Below are positions 46,681 through 61,327 of a DNA stretch of 64,000 nt, one piece after another; the stretch's first letter is position 1, and each line of letters opens with the position of its first letter. The DNA comes from Eledone cirrhosa (lineage: Eukaryota). The notes under the pieces are model-generated. The model saw only the letters and a list, made by a program, of their open reading frames with translations. It did not search any database and was not told the origin of the DNA. The translations under genes and the position numbers were made by a program. The stretch spans positions 34,844,001 to 34,908,000 of the forward strand of contig OZ024745.1 of the NCBI GenBank assembly GCA_964016885.1, read 5' to 3'.

Positions 46681-49600
46681 ATCCACATATCTCCCACTCC
46701 ACATATCCACCACTCCACATATCTCCCACACCACATATCCACCACTCCACATATCCACCACTCCACATATCCACCACTCCACATATCCATCACTCCACAT
46801 ATCCATCACTCCACATATCCACCACTCCACATATCCACCACTCCACATATCTACCACTCCATATATCCACCACTCCACATATCCACCACTCCACATATCT
46901 ACCACTCCACATATCCACCACTCCACATGTCTCCCAGACCACATATCCACCACTCCACATATCCACCACTCCACATATCTACCACTCAACATCTCCATCA
47001 CTCCACATATCCACCACTCCACATCCCCATTACGCCACATATCCACCACTCCACATATCCACCACTCCACATATCCACCACTCCACATATCCATCACTCC
47101 ACATACCCACCACTCCACATATCCATCACTCCACAATATCCACCACTCCACATATCCACCACTCCACATATCCACCACTCCACATATCCACCACTCCACA
47201 ATATCCACCACTCCACATATCTACCACTCCATATATCCACCACTCCACATATCCATTACTCCACATATCCACCACTCCACATATCCACCACTCCACATAT
47301 CCACCACTCCACATATCCAGCACTCCACATATCCAGCACTCCACATATCCACCACTCCACATATCCAATACTCCACATATCCACCACTCCATAAATCACC
47401 CACACCATATATCCACCACTCCACATATCCACCACTCCACATATCCATTACTCCACATATCCACCACTCCACATATCCACCACTCCACATATCCACCACT
47501 CCACATATCTCCCACACCACATATCCACCACTCCACATATCCACCACTCCACATATCCACCACTCCACATATCCATTACTCCACATATCCACCACTCCAC
47601 ATATCCACCACTCCACATATCTACCACTCGACATATTCACCACTCCACATATCAATCACTCCACATATCCACCACTCCACATATCCATCACTCCACATAT
47701 CTACCACTCCACATATCCACCACTCCACATATCCACCACTCAACATATCTACCACTCCACATATCCACCACTCTACATATTCACCACTCCACATATCCAT
47801 CACTCCACATATCCACCACTCCACATATCCATCACTCCACATAGCCATCACTCCACATATCTACCACTCCACATATCCACCACTCCACATATCCACCACT
47901 CCACATATCTACCACTCCACATATCCACCACTCCACATATCCATTACTCCACATATCCACCACTCCACATACCCACCACTCCACATATCCATCACTCCAC
48001 ATATCCACCACTCCACATATCCACCACTCCACATCTCCACCACTCTACATATACACCACTCCACATATCCATCACTCCACATATCCACCACTCCACATAT
48101 CCACCACTCCACATATCCATCACTCCACCACTCCACATATCCATCACTCCACATATCCACCACATATCCATTACTCCACATATCCACCACTCCACATATC
48201 CACCACCCCACATATCCACCACTCCACATATCCATCACTCCACATATCCACCACTCCACATATCCATCACTCCACATATCCACCACCCCACATATCCACC
48301 ACTCCACATATCCACCACTCCACATATCCAATACTCCACATATCCACCACTCCATAAATCACCCACACCATATATCCACCACTCCACATATCCACCACTC
48401 CACATATCCATTACTCCACATATCCATCACTCCACCACTCCACATATCCATCACTCCACATATCCACCACTCCACATATCCATCACTCCACATATCCACC
48501 ACCCCACATATCCATCACTCCACATATCCATCACTCCACATATCTACCACTCCACATATCCATCACTCCACATATCCACCACTCCACATATCCACCACCC
48601 CACATATCCACCACTCCACATATCCATCACTCCACATATCCACAACTCCACATCTCCACCACTCTACATATACACCACTCCACATATCCACCACTCCACA
48701 TATCCACCACTCCACATATCCACGACTCCACATATCCACCACTCCACATATCTACCACTCCACATATCTACCACTCCACATATCCATCACTCCACATATC
48801 CAATACTCTACATATACACCACTCCACATATCCACCACTCCACATATGCACCACTACACATATCCACCACTCCACATATGCACCACTACACATATCCACC
48901 ACTCCACATATCCACCACTCCACATATCTATCACTCCACATATCCAATACTCCACATATCCACCACTCCACATATCCACCACTCCACATATCCACCACTC
49001 CAGATTTCCACCACTCCACATATCCACCACTCACCATATCCACCACTACACATATCCACCACTCCACATATCCACCACTCCACATATCCACCACTCCACA
49101 TATCCATCACTCCACATATCCACCACTCCACATATCCACCACTCCAGATTTCCACCACTCCACATATCCACCACTCACCATATCCACCACTACACATATC
49201 CACCACTCCACATATCCAATACTCTATATATCCAAAACCTCACATACCCACCACTCCACATATCCATCACTCCACATATCTACCACTCCACATATCCACC
49301 ACTCCACATATCTACCACTCCACATATCCATCACTCCACATATCCACCATTCCACATATCCACCACTCCACATATCCACCACTCCACATATCCACCACTC
49401 CACATATCCACGACCCTACATACCCACCACTCCACATATCCACCACTCCACATATCCATCACTCCACATATCTACCACTCCATATATCCACCACTCCACA
49501 TATCCACCACTCCACATATCCATCACTCCACATATCCACCACTCCACATATCCACCACTCTACATATCCACCACTCCACATATGCACCCCTCCACATATC

Positions 49601-51810
49601 CACCACCCCACATACCCACCACTCCACATATCCACCACTCCACATATCCATCACTCCACATATCCACCACTCCACATATCGATTACTCCACATATCCATC
49701 ACTCCACATATCCACCACCCCACATATCCACCACTCCACATATCCATCACTCCACATATCCATTACTCCACATATCCACCACTTCACATATCCACCACCC
49801 CACATATCCACCACTCCACATATCCATCACTCCACATATCCACCACTCCACATATCCATCACTCCACATATCCACCACCCCACATATCCACCACTCCACA
49901 TATCCATCACTCCACATATCCATCACTCCACATATCCACCACTCCACATATCCATCACTCCACATATCCACCACTCCACATATCCATCACTCCACATATC
50001 CACCACTCCACATATCCACCACTCCACATCTCCACCACTCTACATATACACCACTCCACATATCCATCACTCCACCACTCCACATATCCACCACTCCACA
50101 TATCCACCACTCCACATATCCACCACTCCACATATCCATCACTCCACATATCCACCACCCCACATATCCACCACTCCACATATCCATCACTCCACATATC
50201 CATCACTCCACATATCCACCACTCCACATATCCATCACTCCACATATCCACCACTCCACATATCCACCACCCCACATATCCACCACTCCACATATCCATC
50301 ACTCCACATATCCACCACTCCACATCTCCACCACTCTACATATACACCACTCCACATATCCATCACTCCACATATCCACCACTCCACATATCCACCACTC
50401 CACATATCCACCACTCCACATATCCACCACTCCACATATCTACCACTCCACATATCCATCACTCCACATATCCAATACTCTACATATACACCACTCCACA
50501 TATCCACCACTCCACATATGCACCACTACACATATCCACCACTCCACATCTCCACCACTCCACATATCCACCACTCCACATATACACCAGTCCACATATC
50601 CATCACTCCACATATCCAATACTCCACATATCCACCACTCCACATATCCACCACTCCACATATCCACCACTCCAGATTTCCACCACTCCACATATCCACC
50701 ACTCCACATATCCATCACTCCACATATCCAATACACCACATATCCACCACTCCACATATCCACCACTCCACATATCCACCACTCCACATATCCACCACTC
50801 TATATATCTCCCACTCCACATATCCATCATTCCACATAACCACCACTCTACATATCCACCACTCCACATATCCACCACTCCACATATCCACCACTCCACA
50901 TATCCATCACTCCACATATCCATAACTCCACATAACCACCACTCCACATATCCACCACTCCACATATCCACCACTCCACATATCCCCCACTCCACATATC
51001 CAATACTCCACATATCCACCACTCCACATATCCACCACTCCACATATCCATCACTCCACATATCCAATATTCCACATATCCACCACTCCACATATCCACC
51101 ACTCCACATATCCATCACTCCACATATCCAATACTCCACATATCCACCACTCCACATATCCATCACTCCACATATCCACCACTCCACATATCCATCACTC
51201 CACATATCCACCACTCTACATATCCATCACTCCAGATAACCACCACTCCACATATCCACCACTCCACATAACCACCACTCCACATATCCACCACTCCACA
51301 TATCCACCACTCCACATATCCATCACTCCACATATCCAATACTCCACATATCCACCACTCCACATATCCACTACTCCATATATCCACCACTCTACATATC
51401 CACCACTCCACATACCACCACTCCACATATCCATCACTCCACATAACCACCACTCCACATATCCACCACCCCACATATCCACCACTCCACATATCCATCA
51501 CTCCACATATCCACCACCCCACATAACCACCACTCCACATATCCACCACCCCACATATCCACCACTCCACATATCCACCACTCCACATATCCACCACTCC
51601 ACATATCCATCACTCCACATATCCACCACTCCACATATCCACCTCTCCACATATCCATCACTCCACATATCCACCACCCCACATATCCACCACCCCACAT
51701 ATCCACCACTCCACATATCCACCACTCCACATATCCATCACTCCACATATCCACCAATCCACATATCCACCACTCCACATATCCATCACTCCACATATCC
51801 AATACTCTAT
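46681..51810. repeat. 16-bp minisatellite (CCACTCCACATATCCA)n, ~320 units
   Basis: Direct reading; recurring variant units. Confidence 0.98.
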
Positions 51811-51835
51811 ATACATAGAGTTAATATTATTAAGA

Positions 51836-52024
51836 GGGCGGTGGATTGGCAGTAGCGGTAGAGGGTCGGACGCCATGCTTTCCAGCATAGAGTTACGGCC
51901 CCTGCCATTCTGAGTTCAAATCCCACTGAGGTTAACTTTGCCTTTCATTCTTACGAGGTCGATAAAATAAAGTACCAGTAATACACTGGGTTTGCTGGCC
52001 TTGTGCCTAAAGTAGAAACAATTA
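51836..52024 (+). mobile_element. MetaSINE-type SINE; another copy at 56127-56285
   Basis: Same family as 33758. Confidence 0.85.
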
Positions 52025-52105
52025 TTTATATTATTTATATTTTCATTTCTTTTATTTTCTCATCAAAATTTGAAATAATTTTTTGCTCTTTATAAGAGAG
52101 AGAAA

Positions 52106-52106
52106 C

Positions 52107-52137
<31 letters not shown>

Positions 52138-52690
52138 GGTATTGTTGTTGTTGTTGTTGGTATTGTTGTTGTTGTTGTTGGTATTGTTGTTGTTGTTGTT
52201 GGTATTGTTGTTGTTGTTGGTGGTATTGTTGTTGTTGTTATGGCTTTGTTGTTGTTGTTGGTAATGTTGTTGTTGTTGTTGTTGTTGTTATTGTTGTTGT
52301 TGTTATGGTTTTGTTGTTGTTATTGTTGTTGTTGTTGTTATGGCTTTGTTGTTGTTGGTATTGTTGTTGTTGTTGTTGTTGTTGTTATGGATTTGTTGTT
52401 GGTATTGTTGTTGTTGTTAATATGGCTTTGTTGTTGTTGTTGTTAATATAGCTATTGTTCTTGGTATTGTTGTTGTTGTTATTGTTGTTGTTGTTATTGT
52501 TGTTGTTGTTGTTAATATGGCTTTGTTGTTGTTATTGTTGTTGTTAATATGGCTTTGTTGTTGGTATTGTTGTTGTTGCTGTTGTTGTTGTTGTTAATAT
52601 GGCTTTGTTGTTGTTGTTGTTATTGTTGTTGTTGTTAATATGGCTTTGTTGTTGTTGTTGGTATTGTTGTTGTTGTTGTTATGGCTATTG
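52106..52690. repeat. (TTG)n repeat with recurrent ggta and aatatggct interruptions
   Basis: Direct reading. Confidence 0.97.
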
Positions 52691-55600
52691 CTGTATCGAT
52701 CATTGTAATGTTAACTGAAAAAAATATTTACTAAATTTCAAGGAAAAAAAAAGTGAAACTTTCTTCTTTTCAACAGAACATCTCTGGATAAAGATTATTA
52801 ACTGAAGATATTTCAAACAGATTAAGTAAAAACATACTTTGGAAGCAAAATATGTTTGCATGTGGATTATTTCAAACTACTTTCTCACTATTAAATTACA
52901 CAGATGCTTACCTTAAGCTGGATGCAGATTGCAAATAGCTGGAAGCTGAAGGCGCCATGATTGTTATGTATACAACGCGTTCCGCTTTCAGTCTTATGCA
53001 GTCGGCCTTTGTCATCACAAAAAAAATCAAACAACCACAAAAAAAAAATTATATAATAACCAGCAAGCCACATTCAAAGATCAGTGAGTTGTTAATTATG
53101 ATGGTGAGAACAGAGCAACAAAGCAAAAAGTAAAACAAAATAAAAATAATAATAATAATAAATCTATTGTTTCACCTTTTAACTCATTGGTGTAACCTGA
53201 AATAAGATTTACATTTAGTAGAGGAAGAAACCGAAAAATATTGCAGAAACAATTGTACAACAATTTCAATTTGATGATGCTTAGAATATTTTGAATGTTT
53301 ACAACATGTAGATCTTTACAAATGCCAATTGAATTTAGGTTGATCTTTGCTAGATAAGATATGGAATCAGTGAGATCTTCATAGATATGATAAGTGGTAT
53401 GAAATCACTGGAGTATGAAATATCATCTTTCATCAGTGGGTTGTTTTTAAGGGATTTCATTAAATGTTATAGACTGGATTGATTAGTGATGTTAGCAGCA
53501 TTGCTTCTGTAAGAACTAGATATTAGTCAAAGAGCAAAACGCCCACTTATCCTGATAAATCACCAATTTGTTAAGTGTTTTGATACTAACCTGACTGAAG
53601 CCCTCTCTAGTTCTATAAATTAAAATCTATTTTAACCCTTTAGCATTTACATTACTCTATATTTACTATTGTATTTTCACGGTAAACACTTTATTTCACA
53701 TATCGAATCTACGAGATTTTTATATTATTTTGAGAACAATACCTTAAGATAAGTATGAACAACCGGTTATGGCTGGCTTGAACAGAAAAAGGTGAGAGAA
53801 TTCTGGCCAGATACGGTCAGTTTAAATGCTAAAGGTTTCTATTTAAATTTAAAATTTCTAACATAATTTTGTTATGTTAAAAATGCCATCGTAACCCTTT
53901 TGTTACCACATTTCTAATTTAAGATACTTCCTATGGTTTTCAAATAATCAAGAATTTGAAGGGATTTAGTGATATAACTAACCTTTTCATTATTAAGTTG
54001 ATGTTTGATACATAATTTAACAAAGCTTCATACACAGAATTATAATAGAAGGATTTTAGATGAATATAAACACTTAAAAACAAACAGTTTTGCATTGTAG
54101 AACCTGGGCTATTTTCAGGTGGTTTGATATCAATAATTTACTATTTCTAAATTTCTTCTAAATTTTTCATTGATTAATTAGAATGCAATATATTTCATTT
54201 GAAATATAATCATGAAAGGGTTGAATATGTTTTAACCAAGGAATTCAAACTATGCTGGGCTAGCTAAATGGCATACAACATCCAATTATATCTACAAAAT
54301 ACACTCATCACCCCAACTGTGTCTACTTCCATCACCACCACATGGTTCCACATTAAGATGTTGAATGTACCCAATCTTTCCTCCCCATAGCATTAACCCT
54401 CTTGAATTCCCTTCTGATCTACATTTTTCCTGTAGATGTCTGCTTACAGATGTTCAAGCTGGTTATAAACTATGTCAATTTCATGTCTTAGATGATATGC
54501 AGAGGTCATGGGCACAGTTCCTTCCTCTTGGTTAGATTTCAAAAATATTACCTATTTATTAAGGAATCTGATATGCTTCAAAAAGAGGATTACAGGTATA
54601 AATCTTGTTAATAAATGCCATATATGCCGATTTGCAAACTATTATCATTTTTATTGGGTTTTGAACTATAGCAACTAGATAAAATTTCTGCTCTATCAAA
54701 ATAAACCAACAGCAGACATAACTGGATATATAACCTGAAGTAATGTGTTGTAAATGATCACATTGTTCTTTAGGAGAGATAGACAGATAGAGAGAGAGAA
54801 AGACAAAAAGATGGAGAGATTATTCTATTCTAGAGAATAAAAATTACTTTACATGAAATCAAAGAAAATGAATGAATAGTTGGAAAATAGTCGAAGCCAT
54901 ATTAATCCTAATCGAATCTTCACCAGACAAACAACAAACGGAAAGAAAACGGTGGTTAAGGTTACAAAACAGCTTCTTCTACACATCATCATCATCAATA
55001 TCATCAACAGCAACAATAGTTTCACATGGCAATAGAACACATTGTAACAACATGTGAAAAACAAAATCTAGCAGAAAGAAATACCATAACACACACATAA
55101 CATTAGTAAAGACAGAAAACTTCTGATATTGTAAACATGGCTAACTAAAAATAGATTAGAAATACTTTAAAAACCAAAAAATCTTATTGAAAATATTTGA
55201 AATGAATAAATAAGAGATAAAATTCTTATAAATGATGAGACCACGTGCATAAACTAGTTGCAAGGATATTTTCAAAAATGTTCCTTCAGATGAAATAAAA
55301 TAAATAAAATTTAGCCATAATCAGTTCCCGTCCCACCCTTGCAAGCGGAGAAAAGCGGACGTAAATTGAAATGAAATGAAAAATGAAATGAATCTTATTT
55401 AATTTGCTAATAAAAGATATTTCTTTTCACTTTTCAAGAAAATGGAGAGTAGTTTAAATGAAATTTGGCTCTTAATCCTAGCTGGTTGTTATTTAGCCAC
55501 AAGTCAACCCTAAAGATGTAGACCTATGATCAAAGCTATTCAAACTATCTTTAAAGAAAGGACAAATTGTTGTTTCTTTCAGAAACCATATAGAAAAGAA

Positions 55601-56583
55601 GTAACATGAATCAGAGCTTAAAAACATTGCATAAAAATTGATTTTATACATCACCATCGTCTTTTATATGTTCACTGTTCTAGGTTAGCAAAGGGTGGAA
55701 AAAATGTTTTCATAAAATATTTTAAGGTTGGTCTGATGACCTTCTTGATGGCAATCCTTTTAGCTGCCTCTTACAACATGCAGAAATATGGTTTACCTAT
55801 TATCACACACACATAACAGCATTTGTCATCTGTTATGGATTGTCCAAACAGCAACCTTTAGAAATGTCCTGTCATATATATATCTTCTTTTCCCACTTAT
55901 TCCTGAGAGGATCATGGGAGAAGAGTCCTCAAACACTCCTTCCAGTGGGTACTGTCAGAAACAACCATCTCCAACTGATCTAGCTGGATCCCAGCCAATC
56001 TGATGGATGTTATCCAACCATCTTGCTAGGTAGTCTATCCCAGGGTCTCCTGCCAGTTGGTTTTGCCCATAAAATCTGTCCAGTGATTCTTTCCTGCAAC
56101 ACATATATATATATATATATATATATGGCGGTGAATTGGCAGAGTCATTAAGATGTCGGATAGAATGCTATACAGTATTCATCCCACCCCATTACTCGCT
56201 CTGTGTTCAAATCCCGCTGCAGTCGACTTTGCTTTTCATCCTTTCCAGGTCGATAAAAAATACCAGTCCAGTACTGGGGTTGATTCTTCCTCTATAGAAA
56301 AAGTTGGCTGTGTTCATACCTGGAGAGAGTTGGGCTCTGCCAGGTTTAAAAGTGCCCTAGATACGCCCTAGGTGCCTCTACAACTCCATAAGGAGTTATT
56401 GGATCTTTATCTTTAGTATCATACATACATGTATTTATGTATAGTTTATTGGTGTGTAACGTGAAATTATTATTGGTTCACCAGTTTGAGCACTTGGGTT
56501 CTGTTCGCAGTGTGGTATCATACTTTTAATATTACACTGTAGTTGGTCTCCTTAAGGAGCAGAGTATTAATAATAATAATAAT

Positions 56584-56820
56584 GATTTCATTTATTGACC
56601 ACAAGGGCCGACATGTAGGGGACAATATAAAGACAAGGACAGTGAGGGTTTACAATAACCTTGCACAATGGCAAGACTAATTTAACAACAAAGATATAAA
56701 AATTACATAAAACAAACTATGCATGAATATAACAAAATAAATTCCCCTATAGGGGGGTGGATGACCCAGGCGTGACTCAGGTACCCCACCAATCCTGAAC
56801 CACCCTGTGCTTCTAGGAAT
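56584..56820 (-). mobile_element. 3' UTR fragment of a related Tx1-like element
   Basis: Reverse complement ends gcccttgtggtcaataaatgaaat, matching gcccttgtggctaataaagaaat at ~45471; abuts (TAA)n. Confidence 0.6.
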
Positions 56821-57970
56821 AAACAAATTGGCTGTTTAGACCTGGATAGGAATGAGTTTTGATATGTGTAAATACCCACGACATGCTGTATGTCATGATA
56901 GCACCCCTACAACTTCATCAGGTGTTCAGTTTCCATGGGTCTTATATTGTTATATATATTTTTTTGTTATCTTGTAGAATGGCATTATCATTTATCTATA
57001 AACTGCAATGAACCAACCATATACCCCAACTCCCCTTTCAGTGTTTTCTATCACTGTTGTCACAAAGATTTTGGAAGGACTCACTCAGTTTCTATGAAAA
57101 TGTCTAAATGGTTTTAAGAAACATATATAAGACAACAATACTATACAACACATACTTGTTTATAAGTCACACTGATAGATAAGTTGCAGCTCCATTTTAC
57201 AACTACATTTACAATCTACCATATATTTTAAATTGAGGTTTTGTAGGTTCAGTAAATAAGTTGCATGCTGGTAGTTCATGATGTACATTTATAGAAAAGG
57301 TGCAGCTTATACATCAATATATAAAGTGCTGTTTACTTTTTTTAATGAGAGAAAGAAAGAAGAAAAATATCGGGAAAGGGAGGGGATGGCAAGAGCTCCG
57401 GTGTCACAGCCAAGAAGTATTGTGAAAAATATTACAAATCAGTGGAATGATGTACAATATATCTTTGGATATTTGATTATTTTCCTTTAGATTCTGTCTT
57501 TAAATCCTGCTATAGTTAATTTGGCCTTTTGTCCTACTAGGATTGACAAAATAAAATATTTGTCACATACTGGAAGCAACTAAATTGATCATACACCTTC
57601 AAATGTGTGGAAATGTCGTTAAATTATAAACAATAATAAATGGGGAATTGTTTTTGTTTCTTTTCAAAATTTGAATTATAAAGATTCATTTAATATAGAT
57701 ATGTTATATATTTTTACAAATATCAATATGAAATTATGTTTCTTTATTATGCTGTTTTGTACTTTATCATATTCACAAGCATGTTAAATTTCAATGTTTC
57801 CTTATTAAACAAATATATTTTATATGATTATATTAGATGTTTTATACAAATGTGATATTATTTCTTGAACATAATTTTATCATATGATATAAACCTATTT
57901 TAGATTATATTAAATTACAGTGATTCCTAAATCTAACTACATATTATTTTGTTTTGTTGTTTACTTTCAG

Positions 57971-59508
57971 AAATTTGTCTTCTTACTAATGCAAAACGTG
58001 TAGCAAGTGTTCGATCTGAAACCTATGTGAATTTATATTCACTATCAGTGGAACACTTCAATGCAGTCCTCGACAACTACCCAGTAATGCGGCGAACAAT
58101 GGAGAGTGTAGCTGCCGAGAGACTTTCAAAGATTGGCAAGAATCCTAGTATTGTCAGCAGTCGTGCTGATTTGGAAGAGGATCAAAAATTAGTTAATGAG
58201 ATTGTCATGGAGTCTACCCCCATTCCCACCAGTGCTAGCGAAGATGAAGATAGAGAGTCTGATGACAGTTATGAAACGAAGCCTAAAAAAAAATTTAAGT
58301 TTGATTTTCCCTTAACTCTTCAGAAAATAACTGAAGAGCGCAAGTCAAAATCAAAAGAGAACCTTGCTAGAATGGCTGGTGATGATAGGGACGACTATAG
58401 GCCATCAAATATCTTTAGCAGATTACCCAAAGTGCATTCTGGGTCAAATCTTTTTGGTTTAAGAGTTCCCCAAATGCCCGATCGTAAACGAACAGGTAGT
58501 TGCGGAGATGTATTAGGAATCATCAGTGAAACAAAAGACATTAAAGAATCAAAGGATGAGAAGATGTCTCCAGAAAAAAAAGTGAAAGATGATAAAGAGA
58601 AAGATGATAAGGAGGCAAAGGAGAAAGATAAATCGAAAGAAAAAGAGCATGAAAAAGAATTGGAAAAGGAGAAAGAGTCAGAGAAAGAGAAAGAGGAGAA
58701 AGAGAAAGAGAAAGAGAAAGACAAAGACAAGGACAAGCATCCGCACCACCATCACCACCATCATTCCATTGTGAAAGATGATAAATCTCGGGAACGTAAA
58801 CCAATTTTGAAACAAACGTCTCAAGAAGATAAGAAAGAACATTGTTCTACAGATGAAGATGGCAATAATGAGAGAAAAAAACCAAGCTATTTGGAGAAAA
58901 AGTTAAAATTAACTGATGGATCAAGTCGAGATCACAAAGCTCGCAAATATAGAGAACGTAAGACTCCAAGTCTGGACGAAAGGTCAGTGACTTTTGAAAG
59001 CAGACCTGGTATGCAATATTTGAAACTTCCAGGTGAAACTGGAGTTCCATCTTCTGATAAAAGCAAAGGAAAAGTTTCTGAATTGTCAAAAGAGCAAAGA
59101 CCTAGGTCAAAGAGTGTAGATATTAAATGTAAATCGCCGGACCAAAAGACTGAGAAAAAGGACGATAAAGAAAAAGAGAAAGATGACAAAGAAAAAGAAA
59201 AAGAGAAAGAAAAAGAGCAAGACAAATCAGAAAAATTAGATAAATCTTCGAACGGGAAATTTCAGGAGAGTAAAACAGAAAAGACTCATGTTGAAAAATC
59301 TTCTGATGAGAAGACAGAAAAATCAGCAACGAAGGCAAAACCAGTAGCACCAGTCAGTGAGCAGAGAACTGGCAGGATAAGTCCCAGTAAAGCAAAACCA
59401 ATTACTGGTGAAGTTAAAGTAGAAAAACCAACTATAGGAAAATTAATAACCTTAGATATTAAGAAACCTGGTGAAGAATATCCAGATTCAAAAGAATCTC
59501 CAGTTTAG
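57971..59508 (+). CDS. HCN: HCN terminal coding exon: phosphate-binding cassette (E)[15 protein letters not shown] helices, then a long K/E-rich tail ending ESPV-stop
   Basis: ttactttcag acceptor; phase-1 join G+AA gives FGEICLL; same frame as ORF 57949..59508. Confidence 0.95.
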
Positions 59509-61296
59509 AGTGTGAAAAAAATATATATATAGCAATATCATCTGATTTACCCATATTCATCAGGGTATTTACATCGGTTTTTATTTTGATTTTTTTTCAT
59601 TTTTGTTACATTTTATTTTTTATTTTTAAAATAACGTCACCATTTTAAAATCATGTGATGTAAAGCTACAGCTATGTAACTAAAAATCAAAGTTAGCATC
59701 TCGCTGTAGTTTGTGATAATTGAAAGAAGAAATAATAAAAGGTCTCTCTCTAGACACAACTGATTGGTGTTCCATTCAAACCTTCTCGTCTTTAAGGTGG
59801 TCAGTAAACTTAGAATAATACAACAACAAAAAATTGAAAAAAAAAGCTAGCAATTATTATTATTATAATTTTTTTTTGCTAACTAAGCAGTCTTCAGGAA
59901 TGTTGGTGAATGACTACCAGAGTACCATTCTATACAATAGAATGGAAGTTAAAATATATAATATATATATATATATATTTATATATAATATTACAACCAA
60001 TTGAAGAAGGTGTTGGGAGTGTAAAGAAAAGAAGACATAATACAATATGTTTTACAAGCCCAGGGAACTGTAAAAGTGCCTGTATTGGATAGATTACAAT
60101 AACTTATGATTGAAAGGGTCATCTTTTGATGATAACAGTTATTCAATGATAACAGTTATTCAATGATTGTACAAAAAAAACTTATAAAAAGAAAACAAAA
60201 AACAAACAGAAAAAATATTTGCAAAAAAAACACAAACAAATCCTAGTTCTTATAGATTAGCCTAAGTAGCGCCTCGCTATGCAAATTATTTTGTAGGTAA
60301 CCATGGTGCTTTGTGGACAACGACTGCGGATAAAATTAGTGGTTGACAAACTTTGTTGAAAGGTGTCTTTACTGGGCACTCAGGTGTATATATTTAAAGG
60401 TCCCTTGTATTTTTAGTCTTGGGGGATCTTTTGATTGTTTTTGTTTGATTTTTTAAAAAATATTTCTATAAGTTAATATTCTGCCATGGTCTTCACACTA
60501 TTTTTTGGGGTGTAGGTTTTTGGTATGAGTCGGCGCCTAATTAAGGTTTTTGTCTGGTTCTTGAAACAAAAAATAAAAACCAAACCAATGTACAGCTCAA
60601 ATTGGGTTTAGTAAATTACTTTTAGAATTAACCTTGTGTCAGAAGCCCACATTTCGCACTGGATGTGAATGTAGTTTTCCTTCGCCCTCAAGAAAACGAA
60701 CAAAAAAATATATATATATAAGTATCATGTAAAGTAGGTCTTTACGTGTTATTAGCTTGAAATAAAAGTATCCGCAACCACACGTTGATAAAATATGAAG
60801 AAACATACTTCAAACATTGTTCTTCTTTTCTTTCATTGATGTATTTTCTTTTTATTATCATTATTATTATTATCATTATTGGGAGGGTAGCCATTCTTGT
60901 TTTAAGTTTTATCATTTATTTTTAGTTTAATTATATTTCTTATTATTACTATTATTTTTTACACTGTACTTATTTGGGTTTTTTTTAATGTTATGTTTGT
61001 ATAGCCTTAAAACATTTTTTCTAATGTTGAGCCCTGCTAATGATGAAACAGAACAGAACAGAGATCCTAGACAGACCGTTTGCAGTTTTACCGAGTAATT
61101 GTTGAGTTTTAATGAAGAATATCTAAGCTGAATGAAGATGTAGATATGTACAAAGATATCTTTCTAAATATCAATTTATTTTTGATAATTCAAAAGTACC
61201 ACAAATTATGTAATGCCTCTTATTGTTTATGTATCAAGTAATGTAGAGTTTCATTTTGGTATCACTATTACTACTACTACTACTACTACTACTATT

Positions 61297-61327
<31 letters not shown>

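Noticed and set aside
48846-51239. 797-aa His/Pro/Thr-rich ORF and overlapping W/G-rich reverse ORFs
   Set aside because: Product of a stop-free 16-bp unit; the same 16-aa repeat appears in all three frames; intronic, with no splice or signal-peptide support.
46681-51810. CRISPR-like or telomeric array
   Set aside because: No unique spacers, eukaryotic context, and the unit is not TTAGGG-like.
57949-57970. ORF start MFCCLLS
   Set aside because: Intronic polypyrimidine tract; the exon begins after the AG at 57970.
58395-59350. Antisense S/F/L-rich ORFs
   Set aside because: Shadow frames of the purine-rich HCN tail.
59730-60770. AATAAA hexamers as the HCN polyA site
   Set aside because: Several occur in AT-rich sequence; the used site cannot be chosen without transcript data.
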